The position numbers and the translations under genes were made by a program. Positions 47,401-60,737 of a stretch of 64,000 bases of DNA are shown one piece after another. Origin of the DNA: Macrostomum lignano (Eukaryota); assembly GCA_002269645.1 (NCBI GenBank), contig NIVC01000212.1, positions 612,850-676,849 on the forward strand, written 5' to 3'. The notes beneath the pieces were generated by a model, which was not told the origin of the DNA, ran no database searches, and saw only the letters and a list, made by a program, of their open reading frames with translations. Within the stretch, counting starts at the first letter, position 1, and each line of letters begins with the position of its first letter.

Positions 47401-47969
47401 TTTTTGGGCGCTTTAATCTCGATTTTTGGCGCTTATATTAATTGATTTTTTGCGCTCTACTGTATTAACCGGTTTCTGGCGCTTTTATGAAGCAGTTTTG
47501 GGCGCTTGTAGCAAATTATTTTAACCATCAATCTCGTTTTGGAGGTAAGCAGTTCGTTGGTGCCCAACTGTCTGCATGATCCATAATGCTCGTATTCATC
47601 TGTCCAACTAAATTGGATTTAAGAGTTTGCTGCCCTAATTTCCCTAGAAATCAGATTGCAATAGGAGCGTATAACTTATCTTGCTCGTGGTTATTAGCAT
47701 CTCTAGCCACTCCGACTGGCTGGTCATAGCTGATTAACTCAGTGATGTATCTCTTTCTGCGATTAACGCTTGATGGCTTTGTATATAATTCAGAAACCTG
47801 CTTTCCTGCTTAAGAAACCTGCCCATTAAGTCTTCTTAATCCCAATAGCTTATCCAATGCTGCGTTAGCTTCGCTTGATTGCATTTAATCGATTCTAATG
47901 CATTTTTATTGGACTACCTTCTCTGGTCGCTAATGATTTTCTTGTCCATCTATTCATGTCTGCTCCCCA

Positions 47970-48310
47970 CCTGCTGTCTACTGTCTACTGTCTACTGTCT
48001 TTTGTCTACTATCTATCTACTATACTATTTACTGTCTTCTATCTACTGTCTACTGTCTACTCTCTAATGTCTACTGTCTACTATCTACTATCTACTCTCT
48101 ACCATCTACTGTCTACTGTCTACTCTCTAATGTCTACTGTCTACTATCTACTATCTACTCTCTACTCTTTACTCTCTACTGTCTACTAGCTACTGTCTAC
48201 TATCTACTTTCTTTCTATCTACTGTCTACTGTCTACTCTCTAATGTCTACTGTCTACTATCTACTGTCTACTATCTACTCTACTCTCTAACGTCTACTGA
48301 CTATACTGTC
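47970..48310 (+). repeat. ctactgt/ctactat short-period repeat
   Basis: Visible directly. Confidence 0.85.
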
Positions 48311-49004
48311 TACTTTCTTATCAACCCTCATGCAGCAATTTGATGTAATTCTATTACCCTATTACGAACCTATTTTGGAGCAAATGCTTCGCGTGTTGAG
48401 AAAATCAACTGAAGGAGCAGAGCCTCACGCCCCCCAAAATACAATGAATTACTTTTTATTTATGGGCGTTAGGGGAAAACGGGGCGTGCGATGCTCTTAA
48501 TGCTATAAGCCCCCTCCCTGGCTTGTGCCGGCAAAGAATTCTCATTTCCTCTTTTCTCCCATTTCTCCCCCCCCTCGACGTCCCTCGCTCTCCTCCTTCC
48601 TTCTACCCATTCTGCGCTCCGCGGCGGCCCCTGAACAGTAATTTCCTACTCTCCCTAAGTCTATAAAAACAGGCCGTGGCCATATTTGGTCCGGCTCAGC
48701 CAATCGGGCGGCCCCCTGCTGCAGGTCCAGTGTACAAGCGCAGCGTCATAGCTCGTGTTTAGCCTTGCAACCCTATGAGTGTACGCGCGCAGCTCTTTAA
48801 CAAGACGTCGATGACAATCGGCTCTTGGCCAACTCCTCTCCCTGCATGTCTGTCTGTCTGTCCGCTTCTCTCCCCCTCCCTCACCGCGCTCACTTCCTGG
48901 ACTGGTTAACCCTTAATATACAGCATTGCTAGTGAGCCAGTTTGGCTTGGGAGTAGCCAACTCCTTTTGTTCGATATTTGAGCAGCATCCTTACGGACAC
49001 AGAA

Positions 49005-51581
49005 ATGCAACTTCTATCATTGCTGCCACTACTGCAGCTGTTTCTGCTTAATCAGCTCACCAGTGGCTTTGCTGACCAACCGGGGGTGACATGCGTTTGC
49101 CAGACTCGACCGAGTGCTCAAGCAGCTCGAGAGTTGTCCTGTCACAACTGGAGTCCGGCTTTGAACTTCGGCCTCGGCCAGCAGCAGCAGCAGCAGCAGC
49201 TGACGGGGCCGACCTTCGTCTGTCGGGGCTACGAGCTGTCCGCGCCAGGTTTCAACATCGAAGCCATCGAAGGTGAACTCGGCCTCGGCTTGAAAATCGG
49301 ACCGGCGCTGATGAAGCTGGACCTCAGCTCCAACCAGTTGTCCCTGCTCGACCAGCCTCACTTTGCCTCGCTGCCGAACCTGCACCGGCTTGAGCTGGGC
49401 TCCAACCAGATCAGGTTGATCTCGCACCGGCTGTTTGACGGTCTCAAGCAGCTCATCTTTCTGGACTTGGACAACAACCAGCTGCCTGAAGTTACTCAGG
49501 CCACATTCGGGTCTCAGCGAGTGTTCAGCCCTGGCAACCAGTGCAACCTGCGCTCCCTGCTCTACCTCTACTTGGCTAACAATCGTATCGAACGCGTCGA
49601 TCCCAACAGTTTTGATTGCATGTCGCGGCTCAAAGTGCTCAACTTGCAGCGCAATCTAATTAAGGTGCTGCCGGAATCCACCTTCTCCGGTCTCAGCTCC
49701 ATCACTAGCCTGAAACTGTATGCTAACCGCATTGACACGGTGCGGGACTCCGCATTCAGCCAGTGCTGCCGGGAGCTGAGATACCTCAGCTTAGTTGACA
49801 ATCGAATCTCCCATCTGTCGCGTACAATTTTCAACTTCATGGGCAATTTGACTTCGCTCTACCTAGACCGGAACCAATTCGTCCAGGTGCCAACCTACCT
49901 GCTGGCCTACGCAGCCGGCCTCGGGCCAGCCAGCCTCTCCGACGTCCATATTCAGCGCAACCACATCGTGCGCATCCGGAAGAACGACTTCCGGGACGCT
50001 GGAAAGATCGACGCTCTGAACTTGTTCGATAACAGCATCCAGCGCATCGAGGACTACAGCTTCGCCAGCCTGTCCTGGACAAGAAGCCTCATCCTACAGA
50101 AGAACGAACTTCGCACAATTAACAACCGAACGCTAGCTGGCTTGTCCAACCTTCGCTATCTGGTACTCACGCAGAATCACATCGAATTCGTGGAAGACTA
50201 CGCGTTCACTCCGCTGGTCCGCTTGGACACTCTTTCAATAGCGTCGAATCGTCTTACGGAAGTTCGTCAGCTAATGTTCGTCGGACTAAATCACACCTTC
50301 TCGTTGAACCTGGCGTCCAACTATATCCAATCGCTGCGCGGGGACGAGTTCCAGCTGTTGCCGAGCCTGCGCTATCTGTACCTGGAGAAAAATCAGCTGA
50401 TGCGAATCAGGCGCGGCTACTTTTCGGGTCTCACCGGTCTGCGCAAGTTGGACCTCAGCGACAATCGCTTGAACGAGCTGGAGACTCAAGCCTTTGCCGA
50501 TCTCGATGAGCTAGCCTTTCTTGACCTCAGTGGAAACAACTTGGAGACCATTTGCTCCGCCAGTCTTCAGGGCCTACGGAGCCTGCAGTCTTTGTTCCTA
50601 TCGAAGAACCGTATCGATGCACTGGACCCAACACTGCTAGCCAGTCTTCCCGCGTTGAGCGTGCTCGACCTTCGAGACAACCGCCTGGCCGAATTCTCCA
50701 TCAACTGGCCGCTGCCATCCGCCGCAGTGGCCAAAGCTCGTCCTGGCCAGGCGCTGACCCACCTCGACCTCGGCGGGAACAGACTTCGTCTGACCGACAC
50801 CGACGGTTGCGGCTTCTGCGGCCTCGACTCGGTCCGTTTCGCCAGCCTGGGCGTCGAGCTGAGCAGCGTCGCTCAGCTGACTGCCGACAGTCTGCGTGGC
50901 CTCGGTGGGCCCGGGCTCGACCTCATCATCAACGAGAAACAGTGGCCACCGGCAGCAACGGCCGCTGCGGCCTCCACGGCAGCCGAGTGTCGAGTCGCTT
51001 GCAAATCGCGGCAGCAGCTGCAGCAGCTACCGAAGGAGCTGACCGACAGAGCCTGCCGGTCTAGACTCAGCCAAGGTCGAAGCAACGTCGCTGGCGCCGC
51101 GGACGCCACCTTCGGCACCGCAGCTGCAGGCGGCGGCAGCTTCGCTCGCCTGATGCTCTACGTGTCTCTGCCGGCCCTGCTGCTGCTGATCCTGGCCGTG
51201 GCCTCCGTCAGCGGATTCTATCTGATGGCACGTCGTCGTCGACGTCAGCGAAGCGCCGCCGCAACAAGAGCAGCGGCAGCGGCGTCTGGTGGTTACCATG
51301 TCGACCAGCAGCAGTTGCAGCATCTGGGCATGCAGAGCGTGCTGGGCCAGCAGCAGCAACAGCTTGCTGGGCCTCCACTGTTGCCGCAGTCTCAGTCGCA
51401 GCAGCACCTGCAGATGCGAAATCACGGTCATCACCAGCATCACCATCGTCAGCAGCAGCCGCAGCCTGGAATGTCAGCCTACGACACTGAGCCAAGCCTA
51501 CTGGAGATGAGCATGGAGCTGACGCCATCAAATTCCGACGTGAAGTTCAATAGCAAAGTGTATGGCAATTTGCTTTCGTGA
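49005..51581 (+). CDS. Intronless type-I membrane leucine-rich-repeat protein (about 19-20 LRRs, no TIR), 858 aa from the first ATG
   Basis: Signal peptide MQLLSLLPLLQLFLL, a Cys-containing N-cap, tandem LxxLxLxxNxL repeats, TM LMLYVSLPALLLLILAVASVSGFYLMA followed by RRRRR, and a Gln/His-rich tail. Confidence 0.92.
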   Translation: MQLLSLLPLLQLFLLNQLTSGFADQPGVTCVCQTRPSAQAARELSCHNWSPALNFGLGQQQQQQQLTGPTFVCRGYELSAPGFNIEAIEGELGLGLKIGPALMKLDLSSNQLSLLDQPHFASLPNLHRLELGSNQIRLISHRLFDGLKQLIFLDLDNNQLPEVTQATFGSQRVFSPGNQCNLRSLLYLYLANNRIERVDPNSFDCMSRLKVLNLQRNLIKVLPESTFSGLSSITSLKLYANRIDTVRDSAFSQCCRELRYLSLVDNRISHLSRTIFNFMGNLTSLYLDRNQFVQVPTYLLAYAAGLGPASLSDVHIQRNHIVRIRKNDFRDAGKIDALNLFDNSIQRIEDYSFASLSWTRSLILQKNELRTINNRTLAGLSNLRYLVLTQNHIEFVEDYAFTPLVRLDTLSIASNRLTEVRQLMFVGLNHTFSLNLASNYIQSLRGDEFQLLPSLRYLYLEKNQLMRIRRGYFSGLTGLRKLDLSDNRLNELETQAFADLDELAFLDLSGNNLETICSASLQGLRSLQSLFLSKNRIDALDPTLLASLPALSVLDLRDNRLAEFSINWPLPSAAVAKARPGQALTHLDLGGNRLRLTDTDGCGFCGLDSVRFASLGVELSSVAQLTADSLRGLGGPGLDLIINEKQWPPAATAAAASTAAECRVACKSRQQLQQLPKELTDRACRSRLSQGRSNVAGAADATFGTAAAGGGSFARLMLYVSLPALLLLILAVASVSGFYLMARRRRRQRSAAATRAAAAASGGYHVDQQQLQHLGMQSVLGQQQQQLAGPPLLPQSQSQQHLQMRNHGHHQHHHRQQQPQPGMSAYDTEPSLLEMSMELTPSNSDVKFNSKVYGNLLS

Positions 51582-53081
51582 AATAGTTTGATTTCTTCGT
51601 GTCAAATAAGTGAAATTTGGCAAAAACTGCTTCGTACTTTTACTTTTTAATCCAATCCAATGCTAAATTATTGTAATTAGCATCTTGCATCTTCTCTTCT
51701 CTTGCCACTAAGTTTGATCTAACTTGTTTCTCTCACGACACACAGTTGTTTTTTATTTTACGCAAAATAGTTCAGCAAAACCTGCTTCACCCGTTGAAAA
51801 TGGTACCGTGACAAAAACCACTGGAGTCTCATCGCAATTACAACTTGCTAGCGTCTCTAGGACGACTCTTGTGACTCGAGCGTCTCTGCAATGGGACGGG
51901 GAGGCGGCTGTTGAATCACGAGCGCATCAAGTGAGTTGCAGAATCGTAAAAGAGTTGCGAAAAAAGTCATCCAAAAATCGTTGTTTTAGCGCTTAACCTT
52001 CTACTAATTTAAGTAGACTAAATGGATATAACCCCAGAGTCACTTACGTCGCTTCAGAGAAGAAAATAAGACGCCTCAAATTTACTCTTGGGCGACTCTT
52101 GAACGACTTTTTGGCGACTTGTGCCGTGAAATCTCATCGGTTTAGAGTCGTCTAGAGAGTCACTTCTTTCCTGTTTCTATTGTGTCCTTGGGTCAAGACG
52201 TGACACTTGAAAAAGCATTAGCGAGATAGAAAATCAAGCATTTTTAAGCACTTAATGAAGGATTTCTAATATGTGGATCACAAAAAGGATGTTTAACCTA
52301 CCCACCAATGTCAAAGGCATAACATTGTAGCTTAGCTTAAGCTCTAAGCACCCTTTTCTTATTTGATTTTTCTAAACATGTTTCTTATCGTCATAAGATC
52401 ATGTTAAAGACCCAGTTGATGTAATCTGCTTCTTTTTTTAAGAAAAAGTCCGTTTCAGAATGCGCCCTCCTCCTGCTTTTGCCTGCTTGCTGGCAGGATA
52501 CGTCCCAATGCACTGCATCTTCTATTGGTCCTCTTGCTGGCCTAATTGACAGGGTTGGTAAAGAAATCAAGGACTTATTACCTCACCAGAACCAATCATC
52601 TTTCCAGTTGGAAAGTCTGCAAGCCTAATTATTATTTAATAAGACTCATTAATTTCGTCTGCCAGTTTGGTTTTTCACCATTACTTGCTGTACAATTGTG
52701 ATTTTTTTGTTAAAATGGCTTTATTCTGCATAAATTACATGTACCGTATAACACACGATTGACCCCTGTCTATTTGTAAAAGTTATACAATGCCTACATA
52801 TACTGCCTAATCATTTTCCCCCATATTTTGGAATAAGTATGCAAAAAGCAATGCTTAACTATATAAATGCTGTTCGTTGAAATCCTGTGTAAATTTTTTT
52901 TTGTTATTTAATTATTGTTAAAGAAATAATCAAGTCTAATTGATCTGAGGGTTAGACTTTAACAAAAAAACAGGTAAATGAGCCCTGTGGCTAAATTATT
53001 GCATATATATTAAATTAAATCGATGTTCTCTCTCTCCAACTCTCTAACTCATCAACGCCTCACGCACATCAACCCCACCCC

Positions 53082-54115
53082 AACACGTCCGATCCTGTCT
53101 CCCATCGCAGCCCGAGGACTTTTGACGATACGCCATCTTCGCCCAAGGAGGCGGCTGAATAGCTGGAGGGGTCCTCCGTGATGTCCTTTGTCACCGCCGA
53201 CAACGCCGGAGCAAGAACATCACTGTCTAGTGTGCTGGCGCGAACCGCTTTCAATACATTCTTGCTGTTGGACTGCCAGTGTCGCAGATTCATTCCAGCC
53301 TGTTGGAATATGTGCCGGGATTTTTGGATGAGATCCAGGGCCTGCTGTTCATCCACGCACCCAGAGATCAGGTTGTCCACATAGATTTCTTTGGACACCT
53401 TATCCACGAACTCTGCATGCTGGCCTCGGTGAGATGCCAAGTGGTGTTGAATGACAGTCTCCAGGACGGCAGGTGAGCAGGTGAGTCCGAACACCAGAGC
53501 AGCGTAGCGCAGAACAACGAGAGGTGAATCAGCTTGACTGGGATCCCGTGGCCAGAGGAATCGTAGAGCATCGCGATCGTCTTCTGCAATTCGGATCTGC
53601 AAAAAAGCCTTCTCAATATCGGCAGTCAAGGCGATCGGATGAAGTCGAAAGGCCTGAAGCAGTCGCGGAATCTCGGCCAACGAACAGGTTCCTGTTTCCA
53701 GACAGTCATTCAGCGATGGACTGCACTGATCTCGCTTGGCACTCGCGTCGAAAACCACTCGAACTTTGGTCGATTCAGCTTCAGGACGGATTACGGCTCG
53801 GTGGGGTAGGTAGTGGATGAGATCGCTGGTCCCATCTGGAGCTTCTTCGACTACGCCAGCTTCCTTCTGACTGGTCAGAATGCGGTGGTACTCCTGAAGT
53901 AGCGCAGGCTCACGACGCAGCCTCGTCAGATTGGTCTTTAGTCTCTTGAACGCTACCTCGAAGTTGTCGGGCAATCTTAATTCCTTTTTGGGAATCTTCC
54001 ACGGCAGCTGAACTGAGTAGCGACCCTCTTGGAACTGGGCATTCAGAGTCAGTGGACGCTGATCAGGCTCGGCTGCACTTCTGATGCCGAGACCTTCTAA
54101 AGTCCAGAACGCCTC
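53082..54115 (-). CDS. BEL/Pao pol fragment: reverse transcriptase (inverted)
   Basis: EAFWTLEGLG..GRYSVQLPWK..LPDNF, HYLPHRAVIRPEAESTKVRVVFDASA, DIEKAFLQI, FGLTCSP, YVDNL, KVLGLRW are BEL/Pao RT motifs. Confidence 0.92.
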
Positions 54116-56486
54116 GTGTTCGTGCTGCAGTTTTCTCCGCCAGAAGATTTGCTCAAGGCGTCGCCCTCCAAGCGTGTCGTGCTACAGCTGCTGGCCCGTG
54201 TCTACGATCCTCTGGGCTTCCTGGTTCCGCTGCTTACGTTGCCGAAATCGATGTTCCAGAAGCTGTGCGTTGAAAAGATCGCTTGGGACTGCCCGCTAAA
54301 GGAGCCGATTAAGCAGCAGTGGCTGAAGTGGTTGCAGGAGATGCTGGCAGGTCGATTTCAAGTTCCAAGGTTGGTGCTTTCGGCGACGAAGGAGGTCGAG
54401 GAGATACAGCTGCATGGGTTCTGTGATGCGTCAATCAAATGCTATGCGGCGTGTCTTTACCTGCGAGTGCAGTACACCGATAGTTCCGTCAGCTGCAACC
54501 TGGTGGCCGCCAAGGCGAGAGTGGCTCCACTGTCGGTTCTTTCAATTCCTCGGCTCGAACTCCTGGGTGCCTTGATACTCGCCAGACTGTTGACATCATC
54601 CATGAGTCAGTATCCTCATGTTCGCCAGGTGTTTTGCTGGACAGACAGTGCCGACACGCTCTACTGGATCCGGCAGCACAGACCCTGGAAGCTCTTTGTT
54701 CATAATCGGGTGACGGAGATCCGCCGCCTGGTGCCAGAGGATGCCTGGAGACATGTCCCAGGCGAGGAGAATCCGGCGGACGTTGCATCTCGAGGAACAT
54801 CAGCGAGCAAGTTGAAGGCGGACGACAGCTGGTGGCACGGTCCAGACTGGCTGGCACGACCTCCTGACGATTGGCCCGACCAATCCTTTCTCAGCTTACC
54901 GACAGCGGCAGTTGCCGAGGAGCAAAAGACACAAGTGAACCGTCCAGTTGTTCTGCTAACTGAAGCCGGTCCTGACATCAGTCTACAGGAAGTTCTCAAT
55001 GACACGAACTTCTCATCCTGGATCAAGCTGATTCGGGTGACAGCCTATGTCCTACGCTTCGTCAGAAACCTGCAAGCTAGAACTTCTGCAGCGGGGGAGG
55101 AGCGAGTGGGACCACTGGCTGCAGCAGAAGTCCTTGAAGCTGAAGAGCGCTGGCTGCGAGAAGTGCAGAAACGGAGTTTTCAAGCCGAAATTGCTCACAT
55201 TCAGGAGTCAGCGGCCAGTACAGATCTCAGCAGGCAGTTGAATCTTTTTCTCGACAACAAGAGTATTCTCCGAAGCCAAGGTCGATTGAAGGAGTCCAAC
55301 GCCTCTGCCGAGGTTGACTGTCCGATTCTGATCCGAGCAAGTCACACCTGGAGCTTCTTCTCATCTGGGACGCTCACGCCAAGGTTCTGCACGGGGAGTG
55401 CCCAGCACTCTTTGTAAGCTGCGAGAGAGATTCTGGCTAATCAGAGGAAGACAGCGAGTCAAGTCGATCCTGAGAAGTTGCTTTGTCTGCAGACGTCTTC
55501 AAGGACTACCATATGCAGTGAAGCAAATCCCAGCCTTACCTGAAGCACGCGTGAAGTCTGGGAGAGCCTTTGAGTGGTGCGGACTCGACTACTGCGGACC
55601 TGTCAAACTGATGGAGGACACAGAGATCGAGAAAGGCTATATCCTGGTTTTCACCTGTGCGGCCACGCGAGCCCTTCACCTGGAACTGGTGAGCGACTTG
55701 ACGACCGAGACCTTCCTGCGAGCCCTCCGACGGTTCTGTGCTCGGAGAGGAATTCCCAATCTCATCAGTGACAACGCCAAGACATTCACCAAGGCTGCCA
55801 AAATACTTCAGGCGTCGGAGAGTCGACAAGTTCAAGACTTCTGCGCCACCAGGAAAATCACCTGGCAATTCATCGTCGAACGCGCACCGTGGCAAGGAGG
55901 CTTCTGGGAGCGACTGATGAGGGACATCAAGCTGGCTTTGCGCAAGACCATCCTCAACGCAACCCTGACGCTGGACGAACTGCGGACAGTGCTAATGGAG
56001 GTGGAAGCGGTGCTCAACAGTCGGCCTCTACTCTACGTGGATGCCGAAACCAACGGAGAAGTCCTGACGCCGGCGCACTTTCTGGTCCTGCAACGGCTGA
56101 CGGCGGAGCCAACTTCTAGCGGTACGCCCGAGCTCCTGCTGCCGTTGCCAACACTGCTGAGGCGAATGCGCGCCAGACTGCAAGCCTTCTGGGACTGCTG
56201 GGAGCGACAGTATCTGACCAGCCTGCGAGAACATAATCTAAGTCCCAAGCATGGCGTAACTCGAGAAGCGACGGCCGGCGACATCGTCCTGGTGAAAGGT
56301 GAGGCCGGGCAGCCGAGGCTTACCTGGTGTACCGGTGTCATCGAGTCGGTGCATCCTGGCCGAGACGGGGCGGTGAGATCTGCAACGGTTCGAGTCGCGC
56401 CCAGACCTGGCCGCGGTCCCAGGAGATGCTTGATTCGCCGACCGGTGGAGAACCTGATTTTGCTGGAAGCTGTGAAAACTGAATGA
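54116..56486 (+). CDS. BEL/Pao pol fragment: RNase H (Pao peptidase A17 region) plus integrase, with two apparent 1-nt deletions near 55343-55390
   Basis: SKRVVLQLLARVYDPLG, LHGFCDAS, AKARVAPL..IPRLELLGA, WTDS, NPADVASRG, the zinc-binding H..H..CFVC motif, GLDYCGP, SDNAKTF, PWQGGFWERL, LNSRPL, LTPAHFL. Confidence 0.92.
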
Positions 56487-57444
56487 ACTTAAGTAACTGA
56501 CTTTCAATGACTGTTCTAATCGTTGTTTCGAGTTTCTGTTTAGTTTTAGTTCGCAGTAATTTTCACTCCCTTTCAATCTTACCTTTTGAGCTCCTTAGCG
56601 CTGATTGGATTTTTTTGAGTTTCGTTTTCCCTTTGTTCCTACTTTTTCGTTAACTCAGTACTCTGGTGATGGTGTGTCACATTTTTAGTCATCAAGTCTG
56701 TTGTAATGTTGGAGCGTTTTTTGTTGTTCATTTGTTTTTTGCTATTCGTTTCGTTTAATTTCATTTAAGTTAATAGCGAGTTTCTTTTTCGAATATCAAT
56801 GTTAAGTACTGTAATGATGAAGCATCATTAGGGGGAGTGTATTGGATTTGGAGTGCCTGCGTACCGACCCTCTGCTATGTGTAGCGTCGCCAGTGTACAC
56901 TTGGCGGTCCCCGTCTCAGAGTGTGTTGGGGTGGGGTTGATGTGCGTGAGGCGTTGATGAGTTAGAGAGTTGGAGAGAGAGAACATCGATTTAATTTAAT
57001 ATATAAGCAATAATTTAGCCACAGGGCTCATTTACCTGTTTTTTTGTTAAAGTCTAACCCTCAGATTTATTAGACTTAATTATTTCTTTAACAATTATTA
57101 ATCACGATTCTATTCGCCATTGAGATGCCAATTAAAGTACATAAAAATTCATTGAATTGGGTGAATTTAAATTTTGAGATTGGTCTTGCTTTCTGCTTTT
57201 TTATGTCAAAAAGCTGACTGGTTGTTTGAGTTCAATTGCAACTACGAATTAAAAAACATTTTTGAGTATTTTGCAATGCATTCTACTATTAAAGAACTGA
57301 TTCAGTAAGAATGTCTGAACCAAAAAAGCAAAAGAAATAAAAAGCCGGTTAGTATGCGACACTCACTCTTGACGCTTTTGCAAAAGCCCCGGAAAGCAGT
57401 TTGGACAAACTGAAAGCGTTTCTGACAACTGGTGGAACTTTGGT

Positions 57445-58255
57445 CGAACCGGAAGCAAGTTGGTGGAACCGGAAGCAAGTTGGTGGAACCGGAAGCAAGT
57501 TGGTTTGGAACCGGAAGCAAGTTAGTTTGGAACCGGAAGCAAGTTGGTAGAACCGGAAGCAAGTTGGTAGAACCGGAAGCAAGTTGGTAGAACCGGAAGC
57601 AAGTTGGTAGAACCGGAAGCAAGTTGGTAGAACCGGAAGCAAGTTGGTTTGGAACCGGAAGCAAGTTGATTTGGAACCGGAAGCAAGTTGGTAGAACCGG
57701 AAGCAAGTTGGTTTGGAACCGGAAGCAAGTTGGTTTGGAACCGGAAGCAAGTTGATTTGGAACCGGAAGCAAGTTGGTAGAACCGGAAGCAAGTTGGTGG
57801 AACCGGAAGCAAGTTGGTGGAACCGGAAGCAAGTTGGTGGAACCGGAAGCAAGTTGGTGAAACTGGAAGCAAGTTGGTGGAACCGGAAGCAAGTTGGTGG
57901 AACCGGAAGCAAGTTGGTGGAACCGGAAGCAAGTTGGTGGAACCGGAAGCAAGTTGGTGGAACCGGAAGCAAGTTGGTGGAACCGGAAGCAAGTTGGTTT
58001 GGAACCGGAAGCAAGTTAGTTTGGAACCGGAAGCAAGTTGGTAGAACCGGAAGCAAGTTGGTAGAACCGGAAGCAAGTTGGTAGAACCGGAAGCAAGTTG
58101 GTAGAACCGGAAGCAAGTTGGTAGAACCGGAAGCAAGTTGGTTTGGAACCGGAAGCAAGTTGATTTGGAACCGGAAGCAAGTTGGTAGAACCGGAAGCAA
58201 GTTGGTAGAACCGGAAGCAAGTTGGCCAAACCGGAAGTTAGCTGAACCGGAACCG
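57445..58255 (+). repeat. 20/22-bp minisatellite (gaaccggaagcaagttggtg)
   Basis: Visible tandem units. Confidence 0.95.
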
Positions 58256-58749
58256 GAAGGGGGCCTCTGTCACCCTCAATGTAAAGAGGACTTCTTGGTT
58301 TTTTACATAAAGTTTCTTTCTTAAGCGAATACCGGACCTTGCGCTTCATCAAAGCAACAAATGAAAGTTTATTACTAAGAGCTATTCGAGCTTTTATTTA
58401 ATGAGAATTATTCGTTATAAAAATATTTATTTCTCATTCGGCAACTATCTGCTAAAAACAAAATTTCAATTGAATTCTTTAAAGAATTAAATCCTAAACA
58501 GCATATTATATACTACTGCTGGGACACACGGCCTTGCTGAAATTTCCTGCAGTGATCATTTGAGCAAGAGCGAGTAAGTTACCTTTATAATCTAGTATTT
58601 AAAAAATGAAAATCTTATACTACATGTAAAAATGGTTTTTCGGTAGGTATATGATCGATTTCAGAAAAAATGGCTCAACCGATTTTCTTCAAGCTTGCAC
58701 CATTCGATCAGAAACTCTTGTTTCGCTATATAACTCATAGTTTATCTTC

Positions 58750-59045
58750 CATGGCTCATATAGTTATCCTTTTTGACTCATGAACATTCTCAGCTATGGC
58801 TCATAATAATCTTTTATGACGATCATAATCCTCTATGACTCCAAATTATCTTTTATGACTCATAATCTTTCTCTATGACTCACAATTGTATTTTATGACG
58901 ATCATAATCATTCTCTATGACTATAAATTATCATTTATGACTCATAAATATACTCTATGACTCACAATGATCTTTTATGACTCATAATCAATCTCTATGA
59001 CTCACAATTATCTCAATGACTCACAACCGTTCTTTATGACCCACA
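58750..59045 (+). repeat. Degenerate about 20-bp repeat containing tgactca
   Basis: Recurring (c/t)tatgactca(c/t)aa. Confidence 0.7.
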
Positions 59046-59199
59046 CAACTATCCATAATTTTAAGCCATACCCCTTTGCTAAATAAGGAGCTCAAGAGAC
59101 AGTAACAACAGAGTAAGCATTTATCTGAATATTATCGAACTTCAAATTGTTCGGCCACGAATTCCAGTAGTTATGCAACTCATAAATCCATTTGTCCAA

Positions 59200-60737
<1,538 letters not shown>

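Larger units (their letters stand above)
52916..57093. mobile_element. Rearranged BEL/Pao LTR retrotransposon: inverted partial LTR, inverted RT, RNase H-integrase, PPT and full LTR, with 5-bp TSD ATTAT
   Basis: The termini are TG and CA, and attat lies at 52911-52915 and 57094-57098. Segment 52916-53086 is the reverse complement of 56923-57093 (4 mismatches seen). PPT agggggag is at 56830-56837 and the LTR at 56838-57093. Confidence 0.9.
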
